Shown: positions 24,868 through 35,888 of the stretch, one piece after another | How the letters are laid out: the number at the start of each line of letters is the position of its first letter | Numbering within the stretch: position 1 is the first letter of the stretch | Assembly (NCBI GenBank): GCA_965644295.1 | Contig: CBFFRP010000450.1 | Coordinates: 1 to 35,888, forward strand | DNA length: 35,888 bases | Direction of reading: 5' to 3' | Source of the DNA: Paraphysomonas bandaiensis | Lineage: Eukaryota > Protista > Chrysophyceae | Program-made: the position numbers and the translations under genes | Notes under the pieces: generated by a model | The model's input: the letters and a program-made list of their open reading frames with translations, nothing else | Databases searched by the model: none | What the model was told of the DNA's origin: nothing

Positions 24868-25891
24868 TTATTATTAGCAATAGGCGCTAAAAACCTGCAC
24901 CAACTTAGAAGCATTCATAAAATATTCCCTCTCGGGCTTTGTTCCGAGGGCACGCCGTCTATGTGATAGGCCTCTTTAGTCCGCATCTGCACCGCCTGAC
25001 ATTCTAGATAGGCACGGAAGAGTGCAGTACAGTGGAGAATGACAGTGCTGCTGACATTGCAAGAGTTTCGTATGTATAGGCGTTGAGGCCACAGGTGTAC
25101 TGCGAGCTGTGGTGCCGTGAGGTGTAGGATTTTGGTTTGTCTGTGACCCCAATTGTCCTTGGGTGGGAGCCATACAATTGCGGCTCCTCCGTTGTGGGAA
25201 TTGGCTGTGTGTGGGTGTCGCCGAGCAGATGAGCAGGGGTTAGGTGTGTACGTGTGAAGGAGCCATCCGTGAATATGTTTTTTTGTAGGCGTACTTGTGA
25301 TCGTTGAACATTGGAGCTGTGATTGGACTTTGTCAATAGTAGCTCGGAAGTGTGGCGTGGCTGGGGAGGGAGAGGCTGTAGTCTGATGCCTACTTTTTGC
25401 CCCCATTGTACCAGGCTGGTGATATACATGTCGACGTCTTGGGGGGGGGGTGCTCATAGCGTTGTAAGAGCGATGTGGCCGCACTCTTGGGCTGTCCTCC
25501 GAGTGCGAGGGCTCATTGAAGAGTATATGCCATTTCTGAGTGTGGGCGTGGGTTGAAAATTTGCGCAGTCCAAGCCCTTTATATTTTGTGGGAAGGTGGA
25601 TAAGATTCGTGGGATATCCATGGGGGAGACGGAGTATGTCCCTAGCGGCCTTCGCGAGTAGTTTGTCTATGTCGATGTATATGGCATGTGTCCAGGATGC
25701 TTTGTTTGTGGTGGCCTTGTACAGTAGGGTCAGGAGTATTTGTGTGTTGAGGACGAGTAGCTTGCAATCAGGTGTCGCGCTGGGCAGAACAATATCTGCT
25801 GACTATATATGCGGCTCACGTTAGTTTCTCGGAGAAATATCTCCGGTACTTATCCCCCAGAACACCACGAAAAGGTGCAAGTCTGACTTTG
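24868..25891 (-). mobile_element. Degenerate non-LTR retrotransposon derivative (RT thumb + RNase H remnants) fused to repeat copy 3
   Basis: Minus strand 25769-25540: CKLLVLNTQIL...LY...IDKLLAKAARDILRLPHGYPTNLIHLPTKYKGLGL (LINE RT thumb). Frameshifted RNase H: IFTDGSF / NGGAAIV / NAYTYETLAMSAAL / ECQAV. Ends in a (TAA)-like tail. 25781-25891 matches 2401-2514. Confidence 0.8.
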
Positions 25892-26276
25892 AATACTATA
25901 GCTTCACTCAATATTACACTGCGCTTGCTTGCTCTACCCCATGGTTTAATCTCTTGTATCTCGAGAAAGGGTGTCCAACAAGCGAAGTATAAATGAATAG
26001 TCATATTCTGATGCTGAAACCTTATGCTGATATGCTGATGTACTGTATGATACAACCCTGTACTGTAGCAAATTTGGAGGCCCCAGGGTGCGTGGGCACG
26101 AAAGAAATACCGTGCTAAGGTTCATACTACTGTTACATATTGTTGTCTAATTTTGTTTAGAGTTTCTTCGTCGGAGTATAGAGGAGATACTATATTCTAT
26201 ATTATCTTAGAAACACTCAGTTCTACATATAGAAGAACAGGTCATTAATGATGGTAGTCCGGTTCCCGGCAATTAT

Positions 26277-26341
26277 AATGGCATTACCATTAATGGCCAT
26301 TAATGCCATTACCATTAACCATTAACGGTTACCAGGCCCTG
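26277..26341 (-). repeat. Palindromic CCATTA/TAATGG repeat cluster ending in CAGGGCCTGG; possible hAT/MITE terminus
   Basis: TAATGGCATTACCATTAATGGCCATTAATGCCATTACCATTAACCATTAACGGTTACCAGGCCCTG. Confidence 0.4.
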
Positions 26342-26763
26342 GGTTACAGTACAATACAGAGTGCAATAATGAAGGTGTAGTCATATATTTTACTCGGTAC
26401 ACAGTACACTCTGTTTATGTGGGTATCCTTCTTGTGTCTCAAGAGATCTATAAGCCTGAGAGTGGCCGTTTATAAAGAAACAATACTATTAGATGGTAAT
26501 AAGTATATTAATATCGAGAAATAGAATATCTCGTCATCGATAAAACATGGATAATAAAATAGAAGGAAAATAATAGGTCACAACTTAAACAGCACATATC
26601 GACTGGTAAGCTGCAAGCCTATTCATAGTGACTATATACTGTGCAATACAGCATATAATTCGCATCATTTTATTCAAAATGCTACTCCTAACCTTATCAA
26701 TAAATCATCATAGGTACAATGCAGGATGTCTGCAATAAAAAAAACAAAGGATATATCCGAGAA

Positions 26764-27804
26764 CTATTCCTCGTAAACGTGTACTGCCGCTTGCTTTGTT
26801 CTACCCCCACAATGCATGCGATATGTATGACCACTCTCTTGTCTCATGAAAAGTCGAATATTCCTCGATGATTCATCTGATTCTCTCGCGCTGGAGTCTG
26901 TACTCGGCTGTCGCCCCCACACGCGTCGTATTGACGAGCTTGCCGATCTGCCATATCCTCTGCGCGAAGAAACATCACTACTCTGCTTTCTGTAAATAGT
27001 TTGAGGCTTCATCTGAATAGGTATGACGCTGAACTTCTGTTCTGCCCTGTTTATACTACTGATTCGTATATTTCCTGTCCTCGGCTGCCGAAAGGAGTCT
27101 TCATCAGTGTTCCTCTCATCCTCTGAATAGGTCATTCCTACAGCTGTAGTAGAAGAGGTTTGGGGTGTATGTCGATTTTTCGTCTTGGAACTCACTGCTA
27201 TTACATGCAAAGCGGTGTTTTTGTATTCCACCAACCCACGATCTGCTACCTCCTTGATATAGTACGTAATTCTATTACGAACATGCATTTCTCTGCTATG
27301 TCTCGCTTTCAAAATATCACTCCATGACATTGACGTCGATCCTCGAGGACATATGTTTCTGGCGAACACAAGTGCTTCTTCTTCCCCTCTGAAAATGCCA
27401 TACTGCAATAAGCTTTTTGCAACAGTTTTAAAATGCACCGTTGAATCCGTATGCTTGTCTTTTAACGACATGAACATGCGGCGAAATGCCACGAGGTCTA
27501 ATTCTGTTATTTCAAAATTACTACCGACATATATGCCGTTATATTTACACCACGTTTCCCATTCTTGTTTCTGCAGTAACGCCTCAGCAGTTTGAAGCGC
27601 AGTTCCATCCTCATTGTTCTTCGATTTTAGCCGTACTTGTGGAACAGTTTGAGGATGATTAGCGGATGTTTTCTTGCTGAATATGGCGGAGAATCTTCTT
27701 GAGGCCGGAAAGAGTCTGTCTGCGACCTCTCTGTGCGAACAGAGCACTGATTTAACTTTAGAATGTCTGGTGTGAGGCCGTGTGACAGGAGGAAGGATGG
27801 GCAT
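26764..27804 (-). CDS. Hypothetical protein with a degenerate EF-hand-like pair and basic disordered tails
   Basis: 346-aa ORF. DLVAFRRMFMSLKDKHTDSTVHFKTVAKSL...EEALVFARNICPRGSTSMSWSDIL has EF-hand-pair spacing. True start uncertain. Confidence 0.65.
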   Translation of the reverse strand: MPILPPVTRPHTRHSKVKSVLCSHREVADRLFPASRRFSAIFSKKTSANHPQTVPQVRLKSKNNEDGTALQTAEALLQKQEWETWCKYNGIYVGSNFEITELDLVAFRRMFMSLKDKHTDSTVHFKTVAKSLLQYGIFRGEEEALVFARNICPRGSTSMSWSDILKARHSREMHVRNRITYYIKEVADRGLVEYKNTALHVIAVSSKTKNRHTPQTSSTTAVGMTYSEDERNTDEDSFRQPRTGNIRISSINRAEQKFSVIPIQMKPQTIYRKQSSDVSSRRGYGRSASSSIRRVWGRQPSTDSSARESDESSRNIRLFMRQESGHTYRMHCGGRTKQAAVHVYEE

Positions 27805-28571
27805 GCCTCTATCGATGTTGATACAGTTGAATTCGTTCGTTTTATGTGTGTGTGGCTCGAGTGTTATGGTTATCTGCTCTCAGCTTCAGTGGTAACTACA
27901 GAGAAGAACCACAAACAAAGAGAGAAGATTAACGGGTTGTGTGTGTGTTATTCTGATGAGTGATATGAGCAGATCTTCATGTGTTCCTCTATATGATGAA
28001 ACACTCTACTGTACTGTGCTGTACTTTACAATGAGCGATAGTGTCACTTATTTTACACTTCTATCCATGACGAGATCCTACAGGCCTGTACGTGTACTTA
28101 TAGAGAGAGGCGGTTATTGCTGCCGGGCCGTCACTTCATCTTCAGTCTCTACGTCAGCGAATTTACTACTTCAACATGAGGATACATACGTACGCTATAT
28201 TCCATAGGCCACGTATCGCCCTTCCCTCTACCCTTCTGTTGGGCTTGTACGGACCGGTAAACCCCGTTCCCATGATGGGCATACGGGCGAAAATGGGGGC
28301 TACCAGCAACTCTGTACGGGAAGTTACTTACCAGATCAAGAACACTGTAGTCTGATGACATACAGAGTATTCCGTATTCCGACACACGCCCTTGCATCCC
28401 CGTCATCCTCCTGTGTATATACGTGTATATATGAGGCAGGGAGAAAGATCGTCCACACCTCCACAGCACAGCAGCAGCAGTCACCACAACAAACACAACA
28501 CAAGTCGAAGAAACGAGCGAACTGATAATTGTCCATAACTATCACGCCCAGTTGAATACATCTCGTGAGAT

Positions 28572-29776
28572 ATGGCAATAGTCCTTACAGTATCTGTATC
28601 TATGATGCTCCTCGCAACTCTTTCTCATGCAAGTCGGTTGTATTTTACTAACGACACTGCTGCGCTTGAGTCGGCATGGGCGCAGTATAAACACGACTAT
28701 AAGAAGAGTTATCAGAGCACAGAAGAAGACCGAATGCGTTTCAAAATATTCACTCAGAACCTCCAGATTATTGATGGTAGGTGGATTCGTGTTTAATTGA
28801 CCAGCGCTTATGTATATATATTCGACTCAGCTCGCAACGAAGCAGAGACCGGAACAGCGACTTATGGAATAAATAAATTTGCTGATTTAAGTCCTGAGGA
28901 AATTCAGAAGTACTATATGAATGCTGTTCCCGCTTCTAATGTCTCGGAAACGAAGGATACAGTACATTATGTGGAACCATATTCTGGTGCTGAAAGTTTT
29001 GTGGATTGGACGGGTGAGTATTGTCAGTTGCGTCGGCCGTAGAATATATAAACAAAAAATTCTTCTCAGGCATATACACTACTCCTGTTAAAGATCAGGG
29101 ATATTGTGGGTAAGTTACGCTAATATTCCCTGTATGTTTTTAGTTGTAGCTATGCACCGTCGTTCACCTCTCAATGTTATGTCTTTATGCTCTTTATAAC
29201 AGGTCATGTTGGGCATTTTCTGCTACCGAGCAGATTGAATCGGACGCTATGCGCCAATTGGGCTCTTCCTACATTCTGTCAGTGAACCAAATGCTTCAGT
29301 GCGCGCTCAAGGGTGGTGCACCGTGTCGTGGCGGTTGGACGGAGGTCGGGTATGAGTATGTCCGTCGAGAAGGTGGACTCGAAACAGAGGAGGACTACCC
29401 CTATCAGGACCCACACATGAATACATGTGAATCGAATGCCCGCAAAGAGGTTATTGGGGTACGGAAATATACTACAATTTACGGTGAAGAGAACATGGCG
29501 GCTTACGTCAAGTCCACAGGACCGCTCTCAGTCTGTCTATCTGCCACTGGATGGGAGTTCTATCATGGTGGGATAGTGGAGACTTGCCCTAAATATGTGA
29601 ACCATTGTGTACAAGCTGTCGGAGTCGATGACAGTAAAGTTGGAGGGTTCTGGAAGGTTCGCAACAGTTACGGGCCTGATTGGGGAGAATCGGGCTACAT
29701 CAGACTTGCGTACGGTCAGAATACTTGTTTCATTACTCGTGACCCAACCTATACTGAAACGTTTTTCGTAGAATAA
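28572..29776 (+). CDS. Papain-family (C1A) cathepsin L-like preproprotease; exons 28572-28776, 28831-29013, 29070-29109, 29203-29776
   Basis: Signal peptide, I29 prodomain with ERFNIN-like (EDRMRFKIFTQNLQIIDARN) and GINKFAD motifs, spliced TPVKDQGYCGSCWAF, NHCV, VRNSYG. Confidence 0.95.
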
Positions 29777-29947
29777 ATGAAAACTTGCTTGAATATTGTG
29801 ATGGTGTAGCTATCAAAATATAGTAAGCTTGCTATTGTGTGATGTATCTTGCTGTGCTGTTGCTCGTGGGCAACGAAATTCTCGAATTTCTTACTATATC
29901 TGGTAGTTGCTTGTTTAATATTTTATATTTTCATGCACTGAGTGTTA

Positions 29948-30352
29948 TTAATAATATATTTTACACTGACAGTGACGTGACCTGGCTAAAATATGGCTAT
30001 AAGGGTTTGCAAACTGCAGTTGTACAGTTTCCTTTGAAGAGCTTCTGAAGGATTCATGTGCATCGCTGCGCTTTTTAATGCATGTGCAGAGTTGACTGCA
30101 GCAGTACTGCTCTATGTAGGACAAGTAATCGTCCAGTATTGATAGCATATAGGCTGGGTCTTGGTAATGTGCATATAGTCTACGTGCACTTAGCCAATCT
30201 GCTTTTTGGCCTCCCATATCTATGATTTCAGCATATTCTTCAAAGTGATGCTTATTGTCCTGATAGACTGATAAAGAAATATCTAGATATATCGCCACAC
30301 GACCATATCTTTGGAGGTGTCTAGATGGAGTACTGCTGTACTCTGTGTACGA
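29948..30352 (-). CDS. Possible orphan exon or gene fragment
   Basis: Open frame with protein-like composition that extends past the listed ORF to a CTGTAG acceptor-like site near 30353. No recognisable motif. Confidence 0.25.
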   Translation of the reverse strand, partial: SYTEYSSTPSRHLQRYGRVAIYLDISLSVYQDNKHHFEEYAEIIDMGGQKADWLSARRLYAHYQDPAYMLSILDDYLSYIEQYCCSQLCTCIKKRSDAHESFRSSSKETVQLQFANPYSHILARSRHCQCKIYY

Positions 30353-30604
30353 CCTACAGAGTACATACGAGTGTATTTGATTTCCTATTCAAAACATGAA
30401 AACCATGGATTTCGGGTGTGAGAATATAATGGATATTGTCTGTTTTTTCAACCAATGTGCTATTCTAGATTTTTTTTTACAAAGCAAGAGATGGCTGTGT
30501 GGATAGGCATGCAGTGCAATGTGTGTATGTAGACAGCAGCATCTCTGAGATCTACTTGAGCAGCTGCGCACATTCTATGCATTAGCCACCACCCACCTCT
30601 CAGT

Positions 30605-33600
30605 ATGCGAGATAGCCCTGATTTAGACACCTTCTCCCCCCCAACAAGAGCATTCTATGAGCGAGTTAAAGCGAAGCTCGCTCTGTCTGTCTGCTTCTCT
30701 GTGTGTGCGTTGGCATTAATCGGATTCACATCATCAGATTCAGGACGATCAAACTATTACGATATACTGAAATCTCATCAGGTGAACGATGACATGGAGG
30801 ACGCCTACAACGCACTCTCATCTGGTTATGGATTCTCTGGTTTTTGTAATTTTGTAGGGTTTTGTTTGTTGTTGATTGCTGCTGTGTATTACTCTCCTTT
30901 ACTGTTCGGGTATATCGGCACTGTATAATATACGCATGCGCTCATTAACAGATTTATGTTTTAACAGATCACATCGCGAGAGTGATATCATTATTCACCC
31001 TCGAGACATATCTATTGCTAATGAAGAAGCGGAGGATGTGGAGGGATATGCGGCGTCTGCTATGGATAACATTTTCGGATATGTTAACGACACTTTCGGA
31101 GAGAAACTTTCAGCTATATTTATAAATGAAGATGCCGAAGAAGATACTGATGCACTTCTTCTACTTGCTACACTTGCACTATCAAAGTTGGGTATAACCT
31201 TGGCTGTTGACATTAACTGGAGCGCATTCGAAACAGTATTCGGATGGACGAGCAACATTAGTCTGGTTATAGCTGATGTACCGGATGTCAGTCCATTTGT
31301 AGTGAAAACGGTGGTATTTTCCGGATTGCTGCTGCTTCAACCAGCGTGTTACGCACGAATGTGGTGGTTGTCTAAAGAGCATCAAAAGTTAATTGTCGAC
31401 CATTTCTCGTCCATGTTTGTCCGTGTGGAATTGAAACCATACGATGCCTGTTTTACGCCTCTTATTTGCATACTATTGGCATTGTTTTTCATTATTTTCA
31501 TCCCTTCTTATTCTGTGGGCAAACACATGGCATCTGGATTTGCCTTTATTCTATTTGGATTGCCTGGGGCATATCTTTTGGTTGTGAATCTTGCTCGGAA
31601 GAGTGTGTGGCAGTATGTTGACCTACGTTATGCAGATGTTGTGAAGCGGCGACAATATGAGGATCTATCGCTACGTGAAGGCTCCTATTTGTTGTTTATA
31701 TTTGTGGCCTCATACAGTTTTATTATGAATTTCTTTATTGAATATATGGCCACTTGGGATACGCTATCCGGTGCACAGAGGGCGTTTCTTGTGATTGGTT
31801 TCATGGTTTATTCCACGATTCCTTTGGGTTTCATTGCACACGTTATTACTGCAGTGAATGCTGACCGTACATTTAGGATGTTTCGCGCGCAGTTAGTCAC
31901 CCCGTTTAACGACAAGAATCTTTACATGAAGATCGTTCTTCTGATCGAGTCATTGTTTTTCAGCTTATGTATGATAGCATTTAGTCCTGGTCCATTGGGT
32001 CAGCTAACTGGTGGATTTATCATTGCTGTTATATTTTTGGTCTATACGATGTACGCCCGCCCTTTCGACGACCCAATGGAAGATGTATCTGACATAATAT
32101 CTCGCGGTTCTGCTTGTTTTACTGTTATGTTGGGGCTGATTGCTGCGTCTTCATCCTCTGTGTCATCAGATGCGATGTCAGTATTTCTTATCATTAATTC
32201 TCTGCTGTGCTGGGCATGGTTTTTGTATGCTCTTGATCTTAGAGATATGGTTCTAAACAGGTTCTTTTTACTACTTCAGATGTACGCGCAGAGCAAGGCA
32301 GTTCATTACACGAAAGACACAATTCCCCTATTGAGCGAGTCTCGTATCAAGAAACTAACGTCGTCACCGATTGAGTTTCATGTATTATCGGCGGTTCAGC
32401 GGATTTATTTCGCAACCCTGCGCAAAGACGTGTTTTTTTCGGGTTCTCGTATAAAAGAGCTGTCCGATATTGGTGTTACATGGCTAGATCTTTACCAGAC
32501 TGGGTTCGATGTAACATCACTTTTGGCACTGGGGTTCACAGTGGAGGAACTTATGGCAGTTGATGCCCAACTGGATGATATGGGAGACAGATCGGATATT
32601 CAGGGACTTTACGAGAGAGCTTATGCTGATAAAATTGCAGCATGTGGAAAAAATCATGGCGAAAGTTTGAAGCTTTTGTATACCTTGGGCATGTTTTACA
32701 AGGATATTGGAGAACACAACCGTGCAATGGAACATCTCACGGACTGCCTTGAGTCCCAAAATAAAGAAATTGGAGAATTTGAAGATGATACGCTACGGAC
32801 AAGACAGAGTATTGGGGAGTACTATACTTTTCTCCGTCGGCCTGGTGATGGTGTTCCTCTTCTTCAAGCTGTGTATGAAGCACGTAAAAAAGTATCTGTT
32901 GACGCCCCTGAAACTTTGGATAGTATGCGAGCACTAGCCAAGGCACTATCAGCTGATGGTCGCGTTGTTGAAGCTCGTGAACTTCTTGAAGAACGACTGA
33001 GAATTACCGTGCAAACCGCCATAGGAGAGAAACTTCGCGTTGATCACCCGAATACGCTCCAGTCAAGACTGGATCTTGCACTCTGCTTAGTCGAGTGTGG
33101 GAAATACCGTGCAGTTGAAGAGCTGAATCTGCATACGGTGATGAACCGTCAGAAAACAATGCATGGATCTCATAACAAGAACACATTGGATTTAATGAGT
33201 CAGTATGCTACTCTTCTTTCGAAGATGGGACATCATAAGGAGGCTTCGCGTCTACAAGCAGAGATTGTGTATGAGCGGGAGTGTACTCTGGGCCCAGAAC
33301 ACACAACCACATTCACCAGCTGTTTTGCCCTCGCTGAGACCTATATCGAGCTCGGAATGACGAAAGAGCTAACTGCACTTGACATTGAGTCACGACTTGT
33401 TCGTCAGGAACAGACGCTGGGTAAGACCCATCCTACCACACTCTCATCGACACTAAAAGTGGCTGGTTTGTATTACACTATGAGCAAGTACGACGATGCT
33501 TTATCGCTATTCAGAAAGTGCCATGCAGTGCGAAAAGATAAATTAGGGGAACGACACGAGCTTGTACTCAATGTCTCCAACAATATTGCGGCAACGTTAG

Positions 33601-35015
33601 ATTCGATGGGATTGACGGATGAATCCAAGACTATGTATGAAGAAACTCTTGAGATACTGAGAAGCACTGTAGGAGAACATCATGTGACCACAGCTGGCGT
33701 GATGTTAAATCTTGGTCAACAGAGACAACGCACTGGCGATTTCAAGGATGCCAAGCGGTTGTACGAGTATGTCTATCAAGTTGGTATGGAGTCTTTCGGC
33801 GAAACCCATCCGCGTACTCTGCTTGCACAAGATTTCCTTGGATGCTTAGAACTTGTTCAAGAAAATTACCAAAAAGCATGTGATATACTTGAAAGCTGTT
33901 ACGCTCTCCGGATAAAAGTTTATGACGAATGTTACCCTGCCTGCCTTTCCTGCATGGAAAATATTGCAAGCTGTAAACGACAATTAGGAAAGCTGGACGA
34001 AGCATCCAATCTATTTACCCGTATATGCCAACTGTATCTTGAAAATTATGGTGAGCGACACTTGGATACAATTCGAGCTCATGCAGGCTATGCAATTCTA
34101 TTGGCGGACATGGGCCGGGCTGGTGCAGGGCTGCCCATTATGAAAAAGTGTATCTGGGATATGCAAGCCATTGCTGGAAAGAAGCATTACCTTGTTTTTG
34201 AGTACATGGGTAGTGCAGGGTATATCCTTGCACATATGCGAAGAAACGAAGAAGGTTTGGTTTATACTAACCAGGCGCTGGATGGAATGAGAGAACTTTA
34301 CGGAGATGACCATTTTCAGACCAAATCACTATACGCGCGCAAGGCGTATTTACTACAACAGCTCGGCCGTCATGTGGAAGCACAGCAAGCCAGTGCCCTT
34401 TCAGGGTCGCAGGCTCAACCCACTACTGCACCAGATGTGGAGTCAGGTCATGCAAGTTCGAGTAACCCTATGCACACCACATCTGTGACAGGTGGGGGAG
34501 AGCTTGCTCAAGCAGCTGAGATGATGAGAGGACTAGGGCAGGTTTTATCAGCCATACAGCATCCACATACTACTTCCGCAGGAAGTATGTCGAATGCTGT
34601 GCAAGATCCTGTAGATATTGCCAAGCAGTGCTGGGCGCAAGGGCAATATCAACAAGCTATATCAATGATGGATCGGGCTTTTGAATTAAGGTCATCCCAA
34701 TATGGGGAGGTTTCTGAACCTGCGATTGCGGTATTGGCGGACAAAGCAATGTACTTGTACTCTCTTGGTATGCTCAATGAATCACACTCTGAGCATGTGC
34801 GCGTGATCCAGCTGATGGTGCTGCTACAAGGATCCGATCACGAGGGGACTATGCAAACATTAAAGGCCATTCAGGAATTGTACACCGCGAAAGGAATGGT
34901 GTTTGATGATCCTACGATGCAGACAGTGGACGGAATGGTTGTGGCGGTAGAAGAGGAAGACAAAAGCGCAGAAAAAGAAGATGAGGCAAGTGGAACGACG
35001 AAAAACGAAGAATAA
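30605..35015 (+). CDS. ~1450-aa polytopic membrane protein (TRP/FLC-like TM bundle) with a large C-terminal TPR array; exons 30605-30909, 30968-35015
   Basis: A GT-AG intron at 30910-30967 joins the 107-aa and 1379-aa ORFs in frame. About 12 hydrophobic segments, including LVTPFNDK..YMK and ARPFDDPMED. About 42-aa TPRs with G..HP.TL motifs (kinesin-light-chain/NPHP3 type). Confidence 0.88.
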
Positions 35016-35888
35016 ATGCTAATGATCGAAGTTTCCTCACTGTTATTAAACAACGTCATGATGTAGCTCGCAATATTGTATACTTCTCGTAGCTTTTACC
35101 TGCTTCTCTTTCAGTTGTATGTTAGGCGAAAGATTTGTAGAGAATATTACATTTACGCCAAGTGCTACCATATATACCATTTAAAAGATTTAAATTTAAA
35201 TATTTAGTGATGAAAACTAAAAGTATTGTAGTATATCTCAGCATTGTTGTGGAAAGTCAACACCTAGCGATCATTATACGATATAAGTACAACAGCTTAA
35301 TTTTACTGTGTGTACTGTTCCATACTCCATACATGGCTTTTAAATATAAATAAACATGATAACTGTACCCTGAATCTGGTTCATAGTCAAAAACTATATT
35401 TCCAACAATGACACGTATACCGTACACATCCGAATCAGAACGCTCAGTTCGAATTACATGTCGTTAAGTTCGGTACATAACATACAGCTGTCCATTGCGC
35501 AACGAATCACTACTTGCATGTCTACAGCTATACATAAGACACCTTGTAGAATAATAGAGTTTTCATCGGTGTGTATTTGCGCGTTTGGCGATGCCCATTG
35601 GGTTGCGAAGTTGTTCGAAATGACAAGACATATATAGTATGTAGGCTGTGTATTGTTGATGGGTATATCAAAGGAGTATATTGATACAGTGCATTTTTTT
35701 TATTACAAAATAATAATACATTCCTCACTACCGGTATTGATCAGGCTGGTCGTTTTTACGTTAACTAATTTTTTAAGTGAGCATTTCTCTCAGCATCTAA
35801 ATAAGTGATTTCGAATATTCCATCCTTTAATACACACAACAGATAATTGGATATTCTGTCTCCCAATACGTGTATACAACATTAAAGT

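Noticed and set aside
28149-28578. Minus-strand ORFs upstream of the cathepsin
   Set aside because: No motifs, and I could not splice them in frame to the 26764-27804 ORF.
2864-29776. Functional cluster of ubiquitin/SUMO/proteolysis genes
   Set aside because: These are common, unrelated eukaryotic gene classes interspersed with transposons; no evidence of a coordinated cluster.
1-35888. CRISPR arrays, tRNA or rRNA genes
   Set aside because: No regularly spaced repeat-spacer array or recognisable structural RNA gene was seen.

Overview
Gene-dense eukaryotic DNA with short GT-AG introns (about 47-130 nt). The gene set and Copia style suggest a stramenopile/ochrophyte-like protist (inference). 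Spliced genes reconstructed by hand: a RAD7-like LRR protein, a Ulp1/SENP C48 protease, an HDDC2-like HD protein, a MARCH6/DOA10 E3 ligase, a membrane-anchored JmjC protein, a papain-family protease, an EF-hand-like orphan, a ~1450-aa multi-TM + TPR protein, and a ~640-aa six-exon orphan. That orphan appears to combine a coiled coil, a phage-type Peptidase G2 (autocleaving intramolecular chaperone)-like domain and a PDZ domain, and is the most unusual item here. Mobile DNA: the 5' half of an apparently intact Ty1/copia element running off the left edge, a second copia remnant, and three related copies of a non-LTR-associated repeat (one with a 5' inversion, one fused to RT-thumb/RNase H remnants). 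Also a ~330-bp (ACAT)n microsatellite in a bidirectional promoter and a ~140-bp element repeated upstream of two genes. All domain calls are by-eye motif recognition, not database results.
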